DNA from: Candidatus Methanoperedenaceae archaeon GB37
GTDB lineage: Archaea > Halobacteriota > Methanosarcinia > Methanosarcinales > EX4572-44
DNA length: 64,000 nt
Reading direction: 5' to 3'
Assembly (NCBI GenBank): GCA_905171695.1
Contig: LR991653.1
Coordinates: 26,258-90,257, forward strand
Positions 27,482 to 37,201 of the stretch are shown here, in pieces (position 1 is the stretch's first letter; each line of letters starts with the position of its first letter). Below the pieces are notes generated by a model. It searched no databases and was not told where the DNA came from. It was given only the letters and a program-made list of their open reading frames with translations. The position numbers were made by a program, and so were the translations under genes.

Positions 27482-27665
27482 AATCACCACCAAGAGCGTG
27501 ACAGAGAGGCAGACCAGCACCTGCACTCTCACAATTCTACTATTGAGTAAAGAAATATAAGAGGTTTTCTAAAAGATGATAGGAGTGGTATTGTTGGGGG
27601 GGGGGTGCGTCTACAGAAGAGAAACGGTATATACACGAAGCACTGAAAGACCTTGGAGTATTGAT

Positions 27666-29159
27666 ATGAAGTCGATTGAGTTCATGCGGTTGAAACCAGA
27701 GGTCTCTCACACCACGCCGATTGAATCTGAAGAGTTGAAGTCGAGAATAAATTTGAAGATGCAGCAGATGCGTCCACATTATATCGTTGCATCGGTGGAG
27801 GTTGGGAATACCACCACCAAGTGCATCCTGATGGCTGTGAACTTGGATACTGGAAGGTCGAGCCTTGTTAACAGAACGGTGAAGATGACTCGAGATGTGC
27901 GAGGACCAAAAAGGGGTGAAGAGGTCTTCGGGTACACGCTTAACGATGTGCCGCTCTCAAGAGAAGCGGTTGCAGAGCTTGTCAGGGAGACACTTGTTGA
28001 GTGTCATCGTGCTGTCAACCTGAGTATCAAAGACGATTTGAACTTTGTGGTCAGGTCGACAGGGGTTGTTGCAGGTTTCAGGACCCCAGAGGAGGTTGGG
28101 AATATAATAAGAGCGCTTGCAGACGGCTGTCTTCAGGCAGGAGTGCCTCCGAGCTCGATGACTCCTGCTCTCACAATAGAGAACATCCCACCCGCTTTCA
28201 GACCATACACGCTGATAGATAAGGTCAGTTTCAGCGGGGGGGTGGCAGGTGTATTTCCACCAAGGGGTGGCACAGGTGTTGAGATCGTGGCAAACGAGAT
28301 GGAGGGAGAACTTGCAACCGCGGGTATAAAAGAGGGTGCTAAAGCCACGAGAGTGGATTATCGAAACCCCTGCGTCTCACTCGACTTTGGAACAACCCTA
28401 GATGGGAGGGTTACGAACAGTGAGCTGCCGTATGCCACGACGATTGCGAACTTCTGCGGACTTGCAGGAGCCATACCTGATGCGATAATCAAGGGCACAG
28501 GCCTTGTTGACAGGAAGCTCGGTGCTGCCCTCGACGTTCTCAGCGAGAGATCACCAGGAAGGCTTGTGTGGATGCGCAAGGCAAGGATAATTGAAGAGTA
28601 CACAGAGGAGATCCACGAGCATATCACCATCGAGACCGTTCCATCAAGTCGCGACCACTATGGCACGGTTCCTGTGAATCCGAAGGCTGCTGAAGCACTC
28701 AATGTGAAACTTATAGGTTGTGATGTTGGAGAGAACGGGAGCAAGCTCCAGAGACTTGAAGAGATCGGGAGAAGGATGTATGAAGAGTGCAATCTGAAGA
28801 CTATATCAGCAATACTCGATCTCACGATGGCAAGGGTGGTGAGACGGCTCGTTGAAGTAGTACTTGAAAACGATCTCATGAGCGAAGAGACAGCGATCGG
28901 GGTCACAGGCAGGGCAGCCATCACAGGCGACAAACCGAAGCTCATCCTCCGAGAGATCGGAGAACTCGGAGTATACAGGAAGCCAGAAGAGAACATCGTC
29001 TTCGTCGATGATGGACTTGCACGTGGAGCAGCGGTCATGGCACGGTGCATGAACTCACTCGGCACACCCAGAAGACCACTCGGCGGAAACAGAGGCGGAG
29101 GCTGCGTGCTCGGAGCACGAATCAAATACGAGAAAGAAAAGAGGGTAAAAATTCATTGA
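27666..29159 (+). CDS. ASKHA-fold (actin-like ATPase, EutA/diol-dehydratase-reactivase-like) protein; possibly methanogenesis marker protein 14
   Basis: ORF 27576..29159 shows YIVASVEVGNTTTKCILMAV (phosphate-1-like), VSLDFGTTLDG and GVTGRAAITG. The start is uncertain (27666 has a GGAG upstream; alternatives are 27759 and 27768). The marker-14 assignment is from memory only. Confidence 0.5.
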   Translation: MKSIEFMRLKPEVSHTTPIESEELKSRINLKMQQMRPHYIVASVEVGNTTTKCILMAVNLDTGRSSLVNRTVKMTRDVRGPKRGEEVFGYTLNDVPLSREAVAELVRETLVECHRAVNLSIKDDLNFVVRSTGVVAGFRTPEEVGNIIRALADGCLQAGVPPSSMTPALTIENIPPAFRPYTLIDKVSFSGGVAGVFPPRGGTGVEIVANEMEGELATAGIKEGAKATRVDYRNPCVSLDFGTTLDGRVTNSELPYATTIANFCGLAGAIPDAIIKGTGLVDRKLGAALDVLSERSPGRLVWMRKARIIEEYTEEIHEHITIETVPSSRDHYGTVPVNPKAAEALNVKLIGCDVGENGSKLQRLEEIGRRMYEECNLKTISAILDLTMARVVRRLVEVVLENDLMSEETAIGVTGRAAITGDKPKLILREIGELGVYRKPEENIVFVDDGLARGAAVMARCMNSLGTPRRPLGGNRGGGCVLGARIKYEKEKRVKIH

Positions 29160-29248
29160 GAGTTGAGTGAAGCAAGAGAGGCTATAATGGAAGCATTGGA
29201 GCTGCGTGATTCTCTGGATGCTGTTGAAGCTTCTTGAGGAGGGATTGG

Positions 29249-30190
29249 ATGAGTGAAAATGAAGATGGAAGAACTCGTTTTGAAGAATTAACACTTGTTC
29301 TGACATTACTTGTAGGCAGTTTAACCGCTTTATTCAAAATTGTTGAATACTTTAACAGCAATGTTATAATTGATGAATCCATTGCCTTAGCTATCGTTTT
29401 TTTAACGGCATTCTTGTTAATCGAAGTTCTATTACTTCTCCTATTCCTGTTATTCAAGGGTTGCTCGTTGTGGGCGCCAAAGGAACACAAAGAAAGGCTT
29501 GATGAAATTAGTAGTGAAATTGGACTCTATATGTTTGGTATTCCAATATTTCTTATACTATATGTTTTGTGTTTGACTATTGTTATATTACTGATGCAAT
29601 ACACTGGGTTGAGCATTAGGTTGAGCATTATATGGATGGAGCGTATTACAAATTATATTCTGATTATTTCTCTTGTAATAATATTAATATTGGTCATCGT
29701 CGCATATTTTTTGAAAGTCATACGCCCAATCATAGTACCAGTGGTTAGTGGGTTCGTAATCGTAGTGGCGGCAGTTATAGGTGCATCTTTAGGGGCATTT
29801 TTGCTGCTGAGCGGTACGTACTCTATTGATATGGTAGATCCGCCGGGCAATAGCGCCGAGATCATCTCGTTTACGATAACTGATACAGGTATTCCTTCTG
29901 GTAGATGCTTTATCTATCTACACAAAGCGAATTATTCCAGTGAAACACTATTTAATAATATAGATAACATAATAATAAATACATCAGGAGAGAACTCCTC
30001 AAAATATATGCGAGGAGAGAAAAGAAGTGATGGGATCTATTACCTATTCATCAACACGTCTAACCTCCCTTCAGACTACTACACACTGGACTGCGAAGTC
30101 ACGTTCAAGTGGCCGTGGTCGTCTTTTCTTAAACGCAAGAAATTGGACACTGCAATCTTCTACATTCCATACAGAAATGGAACATCGTAG
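29249..30190 (+). CDS. Polytopic membrane protein of unknown function, in an AT-rich island
   Basis: The ATG at 29249 follows GGAGG. The product has about six hydrophobic helices and then a roughly 100-aa N/S/Y-rich soluble tail. I recognised no family. Confidence 0.55.
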   Translation: MSENEDGRTRFEELTLVLTLLVGSLTALFKIVEYFNSNVIIDESIALAIVFLTAFLLIEVLLLLLFLLFKGCSLWAPKEHKERLDEISSEIGLYMFGIPIFLILYVLCLTIVILLMQYTGLSIRLSIIWMERITNYILIISLVIILILVIVAYFLKVIRPIIVPVVSGFVIVVAAVIGASLGAFLLLSGTYSIDMVDPPGNSAEIISFTITDTGIPSGRCFIYLHKANYSSETLFNNIDNIIINTSGENSSKYMRGEKRSDGIYYLFINTSNLPSDYYTLDCEVTFKWPWSSFLKRKKLDTAIFYIPYRNGTS

Positions 30191-30237
30191 ACACCTGCCA
30201 CTTCAAATAGCACGATCAGAGAAAAAGTTGGGTGAAT

Positions 30238-30930
30238 TTATTGAACCTTTAACGTATTTGCTCCCCATTTACAAAACTCACAATTCTCAGATGGTTTAGG
30301 AATGGGCCCTTCTAAGATTTCTATTGCTTTTTTGAATACTTTTTCACCTCTTCTGGCATCTGTTGGTATTTTGATTAACTTTGTATCAAATATCACTTCT
30401 CCCGTTTTGGTAATCTCCGTTGGGTAATAGAACAACAGGTATGCGTAATTTTCGGTTTCATATCCATTTTTTCTTAGTAAGAAATTATAGATATCCATCT
30501 GGGTTTGATAATGCTCATGAGTGTCCTCTTTTAGAGGATATCCTCTTGTTTTATAATCTAAAACAATTAATTTCTTGCCTTTCTCCAATAAATTGTCAAC
30601 TGCTCCTCTAATAAGGATTCCAGAAGTTTTATCTTTATATTGAATGCCTTTGTGAACACTTCTCCAAATTTCAAGCTTTGTTTTATCACTAAATAATTTG
30701 TATCCATTACCTAATCCATATTCCCTAATTTCTGGAGGTAATTCTCCTCTTTCCATGAATTTATCAAAATGTCTTTTGAGGATTCTGTCCATTCCTCCGG
30801 GAAGCGAAGGAAAGATTCCTTCTGGTCTTTTAATCTTCTTCACTAATTGAAGCCAGAAACATCTGGGACATTCTAACATTAAGTTTATGCTTGATGGTGA
30901 AAGTTTGTATGCCATCTTATCACGAAACAA
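30238..30930 (-). CDS. PD-(D/E)XK nuclease, Cas4/RecB-like, with four Cys (putative Fe-S cluster)
   Basis: The 230-aa product has N-terminal CPRC, GAVD...LIVLDYKT...QTQMDIY (nuclease core) and C-terminal CEFC. The start is at 30930 or 30915. Confidence 0.7.
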   Translation of the reverse strand: MFRDKMAYKLSPSSINLMLECPRCFWLQLVKKIKRPEGIFPSLPGGMDRILKRHFDKFMERGELPPEIREYGLGNGYKLFSDKTKLEIWRSVHKGIQYKDKTSGILIRGAVDNLLEKGKKLIVLDYKTRGYPLKEDTHEHYQTQMDIYNFLLRKNGYETENYAYLLFYYPTEITKTGEVIFDTKLIKIPTDARRGEKVFKKAIEILEGPIPKPSENCEFCKWGANTLKVQ

Positions 30931-30943
30931 AGTCTATTGTTAT

Positions 30944-32030
30944 TATAGTTAAGTGCATAGCATCTTAAACTTATTATCCAGAAACTTTTCAATCCAGTTT
31001 TTTGCAGAGGATATCGATTTTGTAAGTTTTTTGAAGGCTTCAGCAATCGCTTCATTCAGTTCTTCCATATTCAGTGGAGATCTCTCTGAAACTACTCTTT
31101 TAACGCTTTTCCAGATGTTTTCAATTGGATTCAGGTCGGGAGAGTAAGGTGGTAGATAAACCAGTGAAATGTTCAGTTTCTCAGCCTTTTTCTTCACCTT
31201 CTTGGCATGATGTTGTGTTCTGGAATTATCCAGAACGACTACAGACGACTACAGTTCTTTTTTCAGGTTTTGCTTCCCTTATCCTTGAAACGTTGTAAAG
31301 TCTTCGGCTTTATTTTTCTCAGGAGATTCTATTAAGTTCTCTCCATTTATACAATAGAGCCCTGCGACTTTGGCTTTAACGTGGGTAGCAACTCTCTTAA
31401 GAGGCTTATCGAAGCTCCATAATCTTGCTGTGTTTGCATTTGCTTCGACTGCCATCTTATCGACGAATCCTATCACGTCATCGCTAATTCCAGCCTCATC
31501 TAAGTTTTTTTTTAAAAATGTCTTCTGCATTATCTGCCCTTCTGTAATCCTTCTGGTACGGTTTGGCGTATCTTATTCCAAACGATTTCAGGATTCTTCT
31601 GACCTGCCATGAGGAGTAGATAACTCCGAATTCTGCTTCAATGACTTCCTGAACTTCCTTCGTCGTCCAGGAATCCTTTTTCTTGAGCATTTCTTTTAGC
31701 TTTTCCTTCTGCTCTTCTGCAAGTTTAGATGGTCTTCCTCCACCAAAATCCGGAATTATACCTTCATAACCTCTGGAATTCCATCTCTTAAGCCATGCAT
31801 AGCCCGTTGCTTTAGTGACCCCAACCAGTTCAGCAGCTTCCTCAACACTCATCCCTCTGTAGAGATATCTTATAAAGTATAATCTTTTGAGAACTCCTGT
31901 ATCCTTTTCGAGCCTCTTGATCCTTTTGTCGAGTTCTTCTACTGGTATGCATTTTGCAACTTCGTAGATTCGCTTTCTGCCCATATATTTTGTTGCTTTG
32001 TTTTAGTATAAATAGCTTTGCTCAAGACCA
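30944..32030 (-). mobile_element. IS630-family element (type A), copy 1; transposase broken into three frames
   Basis: The fragments are 31496..31984 (HTH part, MGRKRIYEVAK...GGGRPSKL), 31279..31530, and 30949..about 31245 (...VLDNSRTQHHAKK...LVYLPPYSPDLNPIE, the DDE signature). One frameshift is at an A9 run (31505-31513) and another at a 10-bp tandem duplication (31235-31254). Boundaries come from alignment with copy 2. Confidence 0.8.
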
Positions 32031-32241
32031 TAACATGTTCTCTTACTTTTTTATTTGTGGCATAAAGAAAAACTCCACCAAGCCCCACAATTACAGAACC
32101 GACATAAGCAGGAACATCTCCTATTAAAGATTTAATGACAAGAAAAACGACAACAATCATTATTGCCGCTACAATTATTAACATTCCCAAATCAATAATA
32201 TCCTCTGTTAATTTTCTGGTTTCTCTTCCCATATTAACCAA
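32031..32241 (-). pseudogene. Small 2-TM membrane protein gene whose 3' end is replaced by the IS630 terminus
   Basis: ORF 31939..32241 reads MVNMGRETRKLTEDIIDLGMLIIVAAIMIVVVFLVIKSLIG...VGLGGVFLYA and then runs into IS sequence. The same IS-derived tail (..YTKTKQQN.WAESESTKLQNAYQ) is seen at 53073..53354. Confidence 0.3.
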
Positions 32242-32365
32242 ACACCTTTTTCAAGAACCTTTTCTTCTCGAGTGTTGCCTTTGGTATATCATTTTCTTCA
32301 AGAATCTTTACAATCATCTCTGCCCCTTCTTTTCTTTAGAACTAACAAAAAGTTCATCTCTTTTT

Positions 32366-33640
32366 TCAAAATTCTCTTAGGTTTGTTCTGTAGGCTTCGA
32401 TCGTTTTATCTATCTCTTCTTCGTTGTGTGCTGTTGAGAGGAAGTTTGTCTCGAACTGGGAGGGTGGTAGGAAGATGCCGCTCTTTAGCATGTGGTGGAA
32501 GAATTCGTGGTATGCGTCTTTATCGCATTGGATCGCGTCTCTGTAGTTCTTCGGTTCTCTGCCGAAGAATACTTTGAAGAGGCTTGCAATTCCGCTGACT
32601 GCGTAGGGGAGTTCTTTCTCTTCTATTATATCTCTCAAGGCGGCTCTGAGTCTTTCGCCTTTGGCGTTCAGGTCTCTGTAGAGTGTGGGTTCTTTCTGGA
32701 TCAGTGTGAGTACTGCTTTTGCTGCTGCGAGTGAGATTGGGTTTGCGTTGAATGTGCCTGCCTGGTAGACCGGTCCTGCGGGTGATACGATCTTCATGAT
32801 CTCGCGTCTTCCTCCGATTGCTCCGATCGGGAAGCCCCCGCCGAGTACTTTGCCGAGTGTTGTTATGTCAGGGGTTACGTTGTAGTGCTCCTGGGCGCCT
32901 CCAGGCGAGATTCTGAATCCTGTTATCACTTCGTCGAAGATCAGGAGTACGTCGTTCTCTTCTGTGATTCTTCGGACCTCTTTAAGGTAGTCTTTCTCTG
33001 GGATTATCGGTCCGATGTTTCCGAGGACGGGTTCCATAATCAGTGCTGCGACTTCGTCTCTATTCTTCTCTATTGTTGTTGTGAGTGCTTCGGTGTTGTT
33101 GTATGGTACTTGTAGCGTGTTCTTTGTGACGTCCATCGGGATTCCAGGTGAGTCTGGGACGCCGTGTGTTGTGGCGCCTGAGCCCGCTTTTATTAGTGCT
33201 GCATCGTGTGCGCCGTGAAATCCCCCCTCGATCTTTATGATCTTGTCTTTGCCTGTGTAGCCTCTTGCGATGCGGATTGCGCTCATCGTTGCTTCGGTTC
33301 CGGTTGAGACGAAGCGGATCATCTCGATGCTTGGGTAGAGGCGGGTGATGGTTTCGGCGATTGTGACTTCGTTCTCGGTGGGTGTTCCGTAGAGCCATCC
33401 TGATTCGAGTTGGGTGCGGACGGCTTCTTTTATTTCTGGGTGTGCGTGTCCGAAGAGTTTTGGGCCGTATGCCATGCAGTAGTCTATGAACTCGTTACCG
33501 TCGATGTCAGTTATCTTCGAGCCTTCTGCCTTTCTGGTGTAGAATGGGTATGGTTTGATTGCGCGCACTGGGCTGTTCACGCCGCCACAGAGCACTCTCT
33601 CTGCACGGTTGAATAGGGTACGTGAAGTCTCGGTCTTCAT
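32366..33640 (-). CDS. hemL: Glutamate-1-semialdehyde 2,1-aminomutase
   Basis: The 424-aa class-III aminotransferase shows GGVNSPVRA...FDEVITGFR...[11 protein letters not shown]. Confidence 0.95.
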   Translation of the reverse strand: MKTETSRTLFNRAERVLCGGVNSPVRAIKPYPFYTRKAEGSKITDIDGNEFIDYCMAYGPKLFGHAHPEIKEAVRTQLESGWLYGTPTENEVTIAETITRLYPSIEMIRFVSTGTEATMSAIRIARGYTGKDKIIKIEGGFHGAHDAALIKAGSGATTHGVPDSPGIPMDVTKNTLQVPYNNTEALTTTIEKNRDEVAALIMEPVLGNIGPIIPEKDYLKEVRRITEENDVLLIFDEVITGFRISPGGAQEHYNVTPDITTLGKVLGGGFPIGAIGGRREIMKIVSPAGPVYQAGTFNANPISLAAAKAVLTLIQKEPTLYRDLNAKGERLRAALRDIIEEKELPYAVSGIASLFKVFFGREPKNYRDAIQCDKDAYHEFFHHMLKSGIFLPPSQFETNFLSTAHNEEEIDKTIEAYRTNLREF

Positions 33641-33691
33641 CTGCCTCCTAAGAGTTTCACGATGCTTTATATCATTTGCCTTCTTCGAATC

Positions 33692-34027
33692 TTAGGGTGC
33701 GCAGATGTAGATCGTGTCCTCCTCGTCCTCTTCGGCGTGTTTCATGTGGCGTGTGAACATGGATAGCCACAGGCTCTCTCTATCTATCACTACTTCTGCC
33801 GCGTTTGGGTATGCGGCGTTGTTGAGGTAGTCCTCATTATTGGATTCCGTTAGGAACGTTTCACTGAAGCATATGTTCAGCGAGTCCTCTGCTCCGACAA
33901 ATACTTTCATGGTCACGTCCATTGCCTCTCCGGCATAGCATTCTTCTGAGAGGTCCATCGGTGTGACTACCATGCAGCGTCTCATCGTGTTCATACATAC
34001 CATCCTTTTTTGTTGGCTAAGAGCCAT
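33692..34027 (-). CDS. Hypothetical acidic protein
   Basis: A 111-aa ORF with no recognised family; the coding status is uncertain. Confidence 0.3.
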   Translation of the reverse strand: MALSQQKRMVCMNTMRRCMVVTPMDLSEECYAGEAMDVTMKVFVGAEDSLNICFSETFLTESNNEDYLNNAAYPNAAEVVIDRESLWLSMFTRHMKHAEEDEEDTIYICAP

Positions 34028-34182
34028 GCAATAATGATGATAATGATAATCATATAAATAACTTTCCAGACAGAATTTGCCCTCTATTCAGCAAAGAAGA
34101 CATACCAATTGTAAAAAATATAATTAAAGTTATTATATGGTGTGGTGAGCGTCAATCCCCGATAGTATAACCAATGATAAAC

Positions 34183-35862
34183 TCACCTACGCTGCCTCAA
34201 GTATAACGACTCCACCCGATCGATCGTTTCAGCATCATCCAGCGACTTATCATACCTCACCCGAACAAGTCTTGGAAACCGCAGGGCATACCCGGAACTA
34301 TAATTCGAACTCTTCTGTATCTCCTCATAAGCCACCTCAAAGATGATCTTCGGTTCAAACGAGAGATCCCGCCCCTCCTCAGAGACGATCAGCTCCCTGA
34401 AGACCTCGGTCAAATCCTTCAGATCCTCATCACTCATCCCTGTTCCAACCCTCCCGATCTGAAGAAGCTCACGGCTCTCAGGATCTATACACGCCAGCAC
34501 ATACGATCCAATGAGATGCGCACGCCGCCCCTTACCCCACTCACCACCAACGACCACCAGATCAAGATTCTCCATAATCGGTTTCAGCTTCAACCAGTTC
34601 CTACCACGCTTGCCAGGTGTGTACACAGAGAGAGGATTCTTGAGCATCACACCCTCATGGCCCGCCTCAAGCGCATCAGCGTACACGGAATCTATCACAT
34701 GAGGATCGCTGGTGATCGTCTCCTTAGCAAGCAACAAACCATCTCCCTCCCTAACAGCACCTGTAAGAAACCTTCGACGCTCCCGCAACGGAAGATCTAT
34801 CAGACTCCTCCCATCCATATACATTATATCGAAGAGGTTTAGAGTAAGAGGAACCTTGCCCAGTATCCCTTCAACCCCGTGCTTGCGGCGGAACCTGCGA
34901 AGAAGCTGTTGAAACGCCATCGGCTTCCCATCTGCACCGATCGCCACCACCTCACCATCAAGGATCGCCTCCCGCGCCACAACCCGAGACCGCACACGTC
35001 CAACGATATCAGGGAGAGAATCTGTCACATTCTCAAGTCGACGCGAGTAGAGAATCACACGATCACTATCCTTATGCACCTGGATACGTGCACCATCAAA
35101 CTTCCACTCAACAGCAACACACCCCAACGCAGATACAGCCGCCTCACTGCTCTCAACCACCTGTGCAAGCATCATCTTAACAGGCCTGCCAACCTGTATA
35201 CCAAGACCCCGAAGACCTGCCTCACCCCCCCTCTTCGCTGTACACGCAACCATGCCAAGATCATTCGTGAGCATATAACCCCGCTCAACAAGCTCCTTAT
35301 CAACGCCAAAAGCATCGGCAATAGCATCACGCACAATCCCCTCACCAACGCCAATCCGAAGCTCCTCAAGCGCAAGACGAGAGATATAAACTGCCTCATC
35401 AGGCGAAACACTACTGAAGAGATACTGAAGGGTTCTGACCTTAGCAGACTGTGACCCTTTACCAGAAAACCTCGCAATCTCCAGAAAACGAGAATACACC
35501 TCCCCAACACTGATCGACGACTTCCCACCGAAGAAGGATGAAAAGCTGACCTCAGTCTTATTAACAAGAGCCGCCCTCGCCGCCTCACCCACATCACCAA
35601 GATCCCTAACAAGATCCTTCACCTGAGAGACCTTTATCCCGGCAGCCTTCGCAATCGCCATATAGAGTAAGTTCGGCCCAACCCCAAGCTCAAGCCCAGT
35701 CCACCTCGGAAAGACCTCCCCCATGATGAACCGCGCAACGATAGCCAACTCGTCATCATCAACAGATCGAAGAAGACCACTCACCACACCTGTTATCTCA
35801 ATAGAACCCGAAATACTTTCTATCCGCCTGCAAACCGAGACAAAACAGTCAAAACCAGTCAT
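34183..35862 (-). CDS. lig: ATP-dependent DNA ligase
   Basis: The 559-aa product shows VEWKFDGARIQVH (KxDG adenylation motif), EGVMLK and WLKLK. Confidence 0.95.
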   Translation of the reverse strand: MTGFDCFVSVCRRIESISGSIEITGVVSGLLRSVDDDELAIVARFIMGEVFPRWTGLELGVGPNLLYMAIAKAAGIKVSQVKDLVRDLGDVGEAARAALVNKTEVSFSSFFGGKSSISVGEVYSRFLEIARFSGKGSQSAKVRTLQYLFSSVSPDEAVYISRLALEELRIGVGEGIVRDAIADAFGVDKELVERGYMLTNDLGMVACTAKRGGEAGLRGLGIQVGRPVKMMLAQVVESSEAAVSALGCVAVEWKFDGARIQVHKDSDRVILYSRRLENVTDSLPDIVGRVRSRVVAREAILDGEVVAIGADGKPMAFQQLLRRFRRKHGVEGILGKVPLTLNLFDIMYMDGRSLIDLPLRERRRFLTGAVREGDGLLLAKETITSDPHVIDSVYADALEAGHEGVMLKNPLSVYTPGKRGRNWLKLKPIMENLDLVVVGGEWGKGRRAHLIGSYVLACIDPESRELLQIGRVGTGMSDEDLKDLTEVFRELIVSEEGRDLSFEPKIIFEVAYEEIQKSSNYSSGYALRFPRLVRVRYDKSLDDAETIDRVESLYLRQRR

Positions 35863-35913
35863 AAACCAGGATCTACAATGAAAGCAATGCCTTAAGAGGA
35901 TTTTGATTCAGTT

Positions 35914-36498
35914 CTATTCGATGCCATAGAACCTCTTATAATTCTCTATTGCAACTCTCCCCTGTTCTGGGTATCGATCCAGGATAAAGTCTATGAACTC
36001 ATCTCTTGACTCACAATCTTTCGTGAAATCAAGTAACCTTTTTAACACTCTCTGTGATCTATGGCCCCCCTTCTCTGGGGTTTCTATTGAGATGCAGAGG
36101 TTGTGCATGGAGAAGCATCTTCTTCTGAGGATCGGTGAGATCGAACCGATGAGAATGCCGTCTTCGAGTTCGATATATGCTGGAACTCCTCTCCTCTCTA
36201 TCCGCCTGGGGTCAGTCAGGGAGTCAAAGTCATGATACGAGTGCAACTCAAGGTAGATCGCTGGCATTATCTCGTTTATCGCTGCGATGAGAATCCTCCC
36301 GTATGCATCATAATATCGATCATCGAGAGTGCTTATATAGGGGCGATCTGTGAGCTTTGGTATGATTGCGAGCGTCCCTCTTCGAGGAGCGCTCAGTCTC
36401 TCGAGTATCGCAGATGTGCGTCTCCATTCATTGCCGTGCAGTCCCCCGACGAAGAGTCGCTTCGGATCACCACTACCGAGTGTGATTCTTCTTCTCAT
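35914..36498 (-). CDS. Conserved archaeal protein with an AstE/M14-like metallohydrolase pattern (DUF2119-like)
   Basis: The 194-aa product shows LFVGGLHGNEWRRTSAIL and YLELHSY, which resemble zinc-ligand regions of succinylglutamate-desuccinylase/carboxypeptidase folds. The assignment is tentative. Confidence 0.4.
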   Translation of the reverse strand: MRRRITLGSGDPKRLFVGGLHGNEWRRTSAILERLSAPRRGTLAIIPKLTDRPYISTLDDRYYDAYGRILIAAINEIMPAIYLELHSYHDFDSLTDPRRIERRGVPAYIELEDGILIGSISPILRRRCFSMHNLCISIETPEKGGHRSQRVLKRLLDFTKDCESRDEFIDFILDRYPEQGRVAIENYKRFYGIE

Positions 36499-37153
36499 AC
36501 ATCCTCTTCACGAAATTTGCATAGATATGCGCCTGTCTCGTTGGCTCTGGGAGTTTGTATCCACGGAGACAGTGCCTTACAATCTCAATCGAACTCTTCA
36601 TCGAGACCCGATGCCCTGGAGCCACGATTATTGGATTGCAGTTCTTTTTCGACTTCAACACCCATCCAACATCCCTGTTGTTGTATCTGAGTGGACAAAA
36701 CTCTCCAGCACCAACCAGTTCCTCTGATGTGCCGCAGAGAATGCTCTTTGCAACGCCAATCGTTGGAAGATCAAGCGCAACACCGATATGGGTCGCAAGC
36801 CCCGCAGACCTCGGATGGTTGATGCCACAGCCATCGATCATCAACAGCTCTGGCTTTTCAGGAAGCCTTGCATAGGCCGAAACGATCGCTCTTCCCTCAC
36901 GAAACGAGAGAAACGTTGGTATATATGGAAAATCCACGGTTTCAACCGAATAAACACGATCCTTCTCTCTCATCGTTGTGTAATCAAGTGTTACAATTCC
37001 TGATATAATCTTATCCTCAAAGAATGCCTGATCAACACCGGCCACCGTCTTTATCTCACCGAACCGATCCTCTACAGATGCGCGCATCGCAACGACTCGC
37101 TGCAGATCAAGAAGCACTCTCCAATCATGGGTTGCTGGAAAGAGATCGATCAT
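36473..37153 (-). CDS. nfi: Endonuclease V
   Basis: The 226-aa product shows VAGVDQAF...YIPTFLSFREG...LMIDGCGINHPRSAGLATHIGV...PTIGVAKS. Confidence 0.9.
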   Translation of the reverse strand: MIDLFPATHDWRVLLDLQRVVAMRASVEDRFGEIKTVAGVDQAFFEDKIISGIVTLDYTTMREKDRVYSVETVDFPYIPTFLSFREGRAIVSAYARLPEKPELLMIDGCGINHPRSAGLATHIGVALDLPTIGVAKSILCGTSEELVGAGEFCPLRYNNRDVGWVLKSKKNCNPIIVAPGHRVSMKSSIEIVRHCLRGYKLPEPTRQAHIYANFVKRMYEKKNHTR

Positions 37154-37201
37154 CGGAGTATGATATAAACATGAAGATGCTTAAATCAGACGATGAATGC
37201 T

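Noticed and set aside
31505-31513. The A9 run (T9 on the plus strand) at the ORF1/ORF2 junction of IS630 copy 1, considered as a programmed frameshift or transcriptional slippage site.
   Set aside because: The second copy has only A5 at the equivalent position (around 52715) and reads through in frame (..DTLKTLDDAEIEDDV..). The run therefore looks like a one-base homopolymer expansion, an inactivating mutation. Further frameshifts lie downstream.
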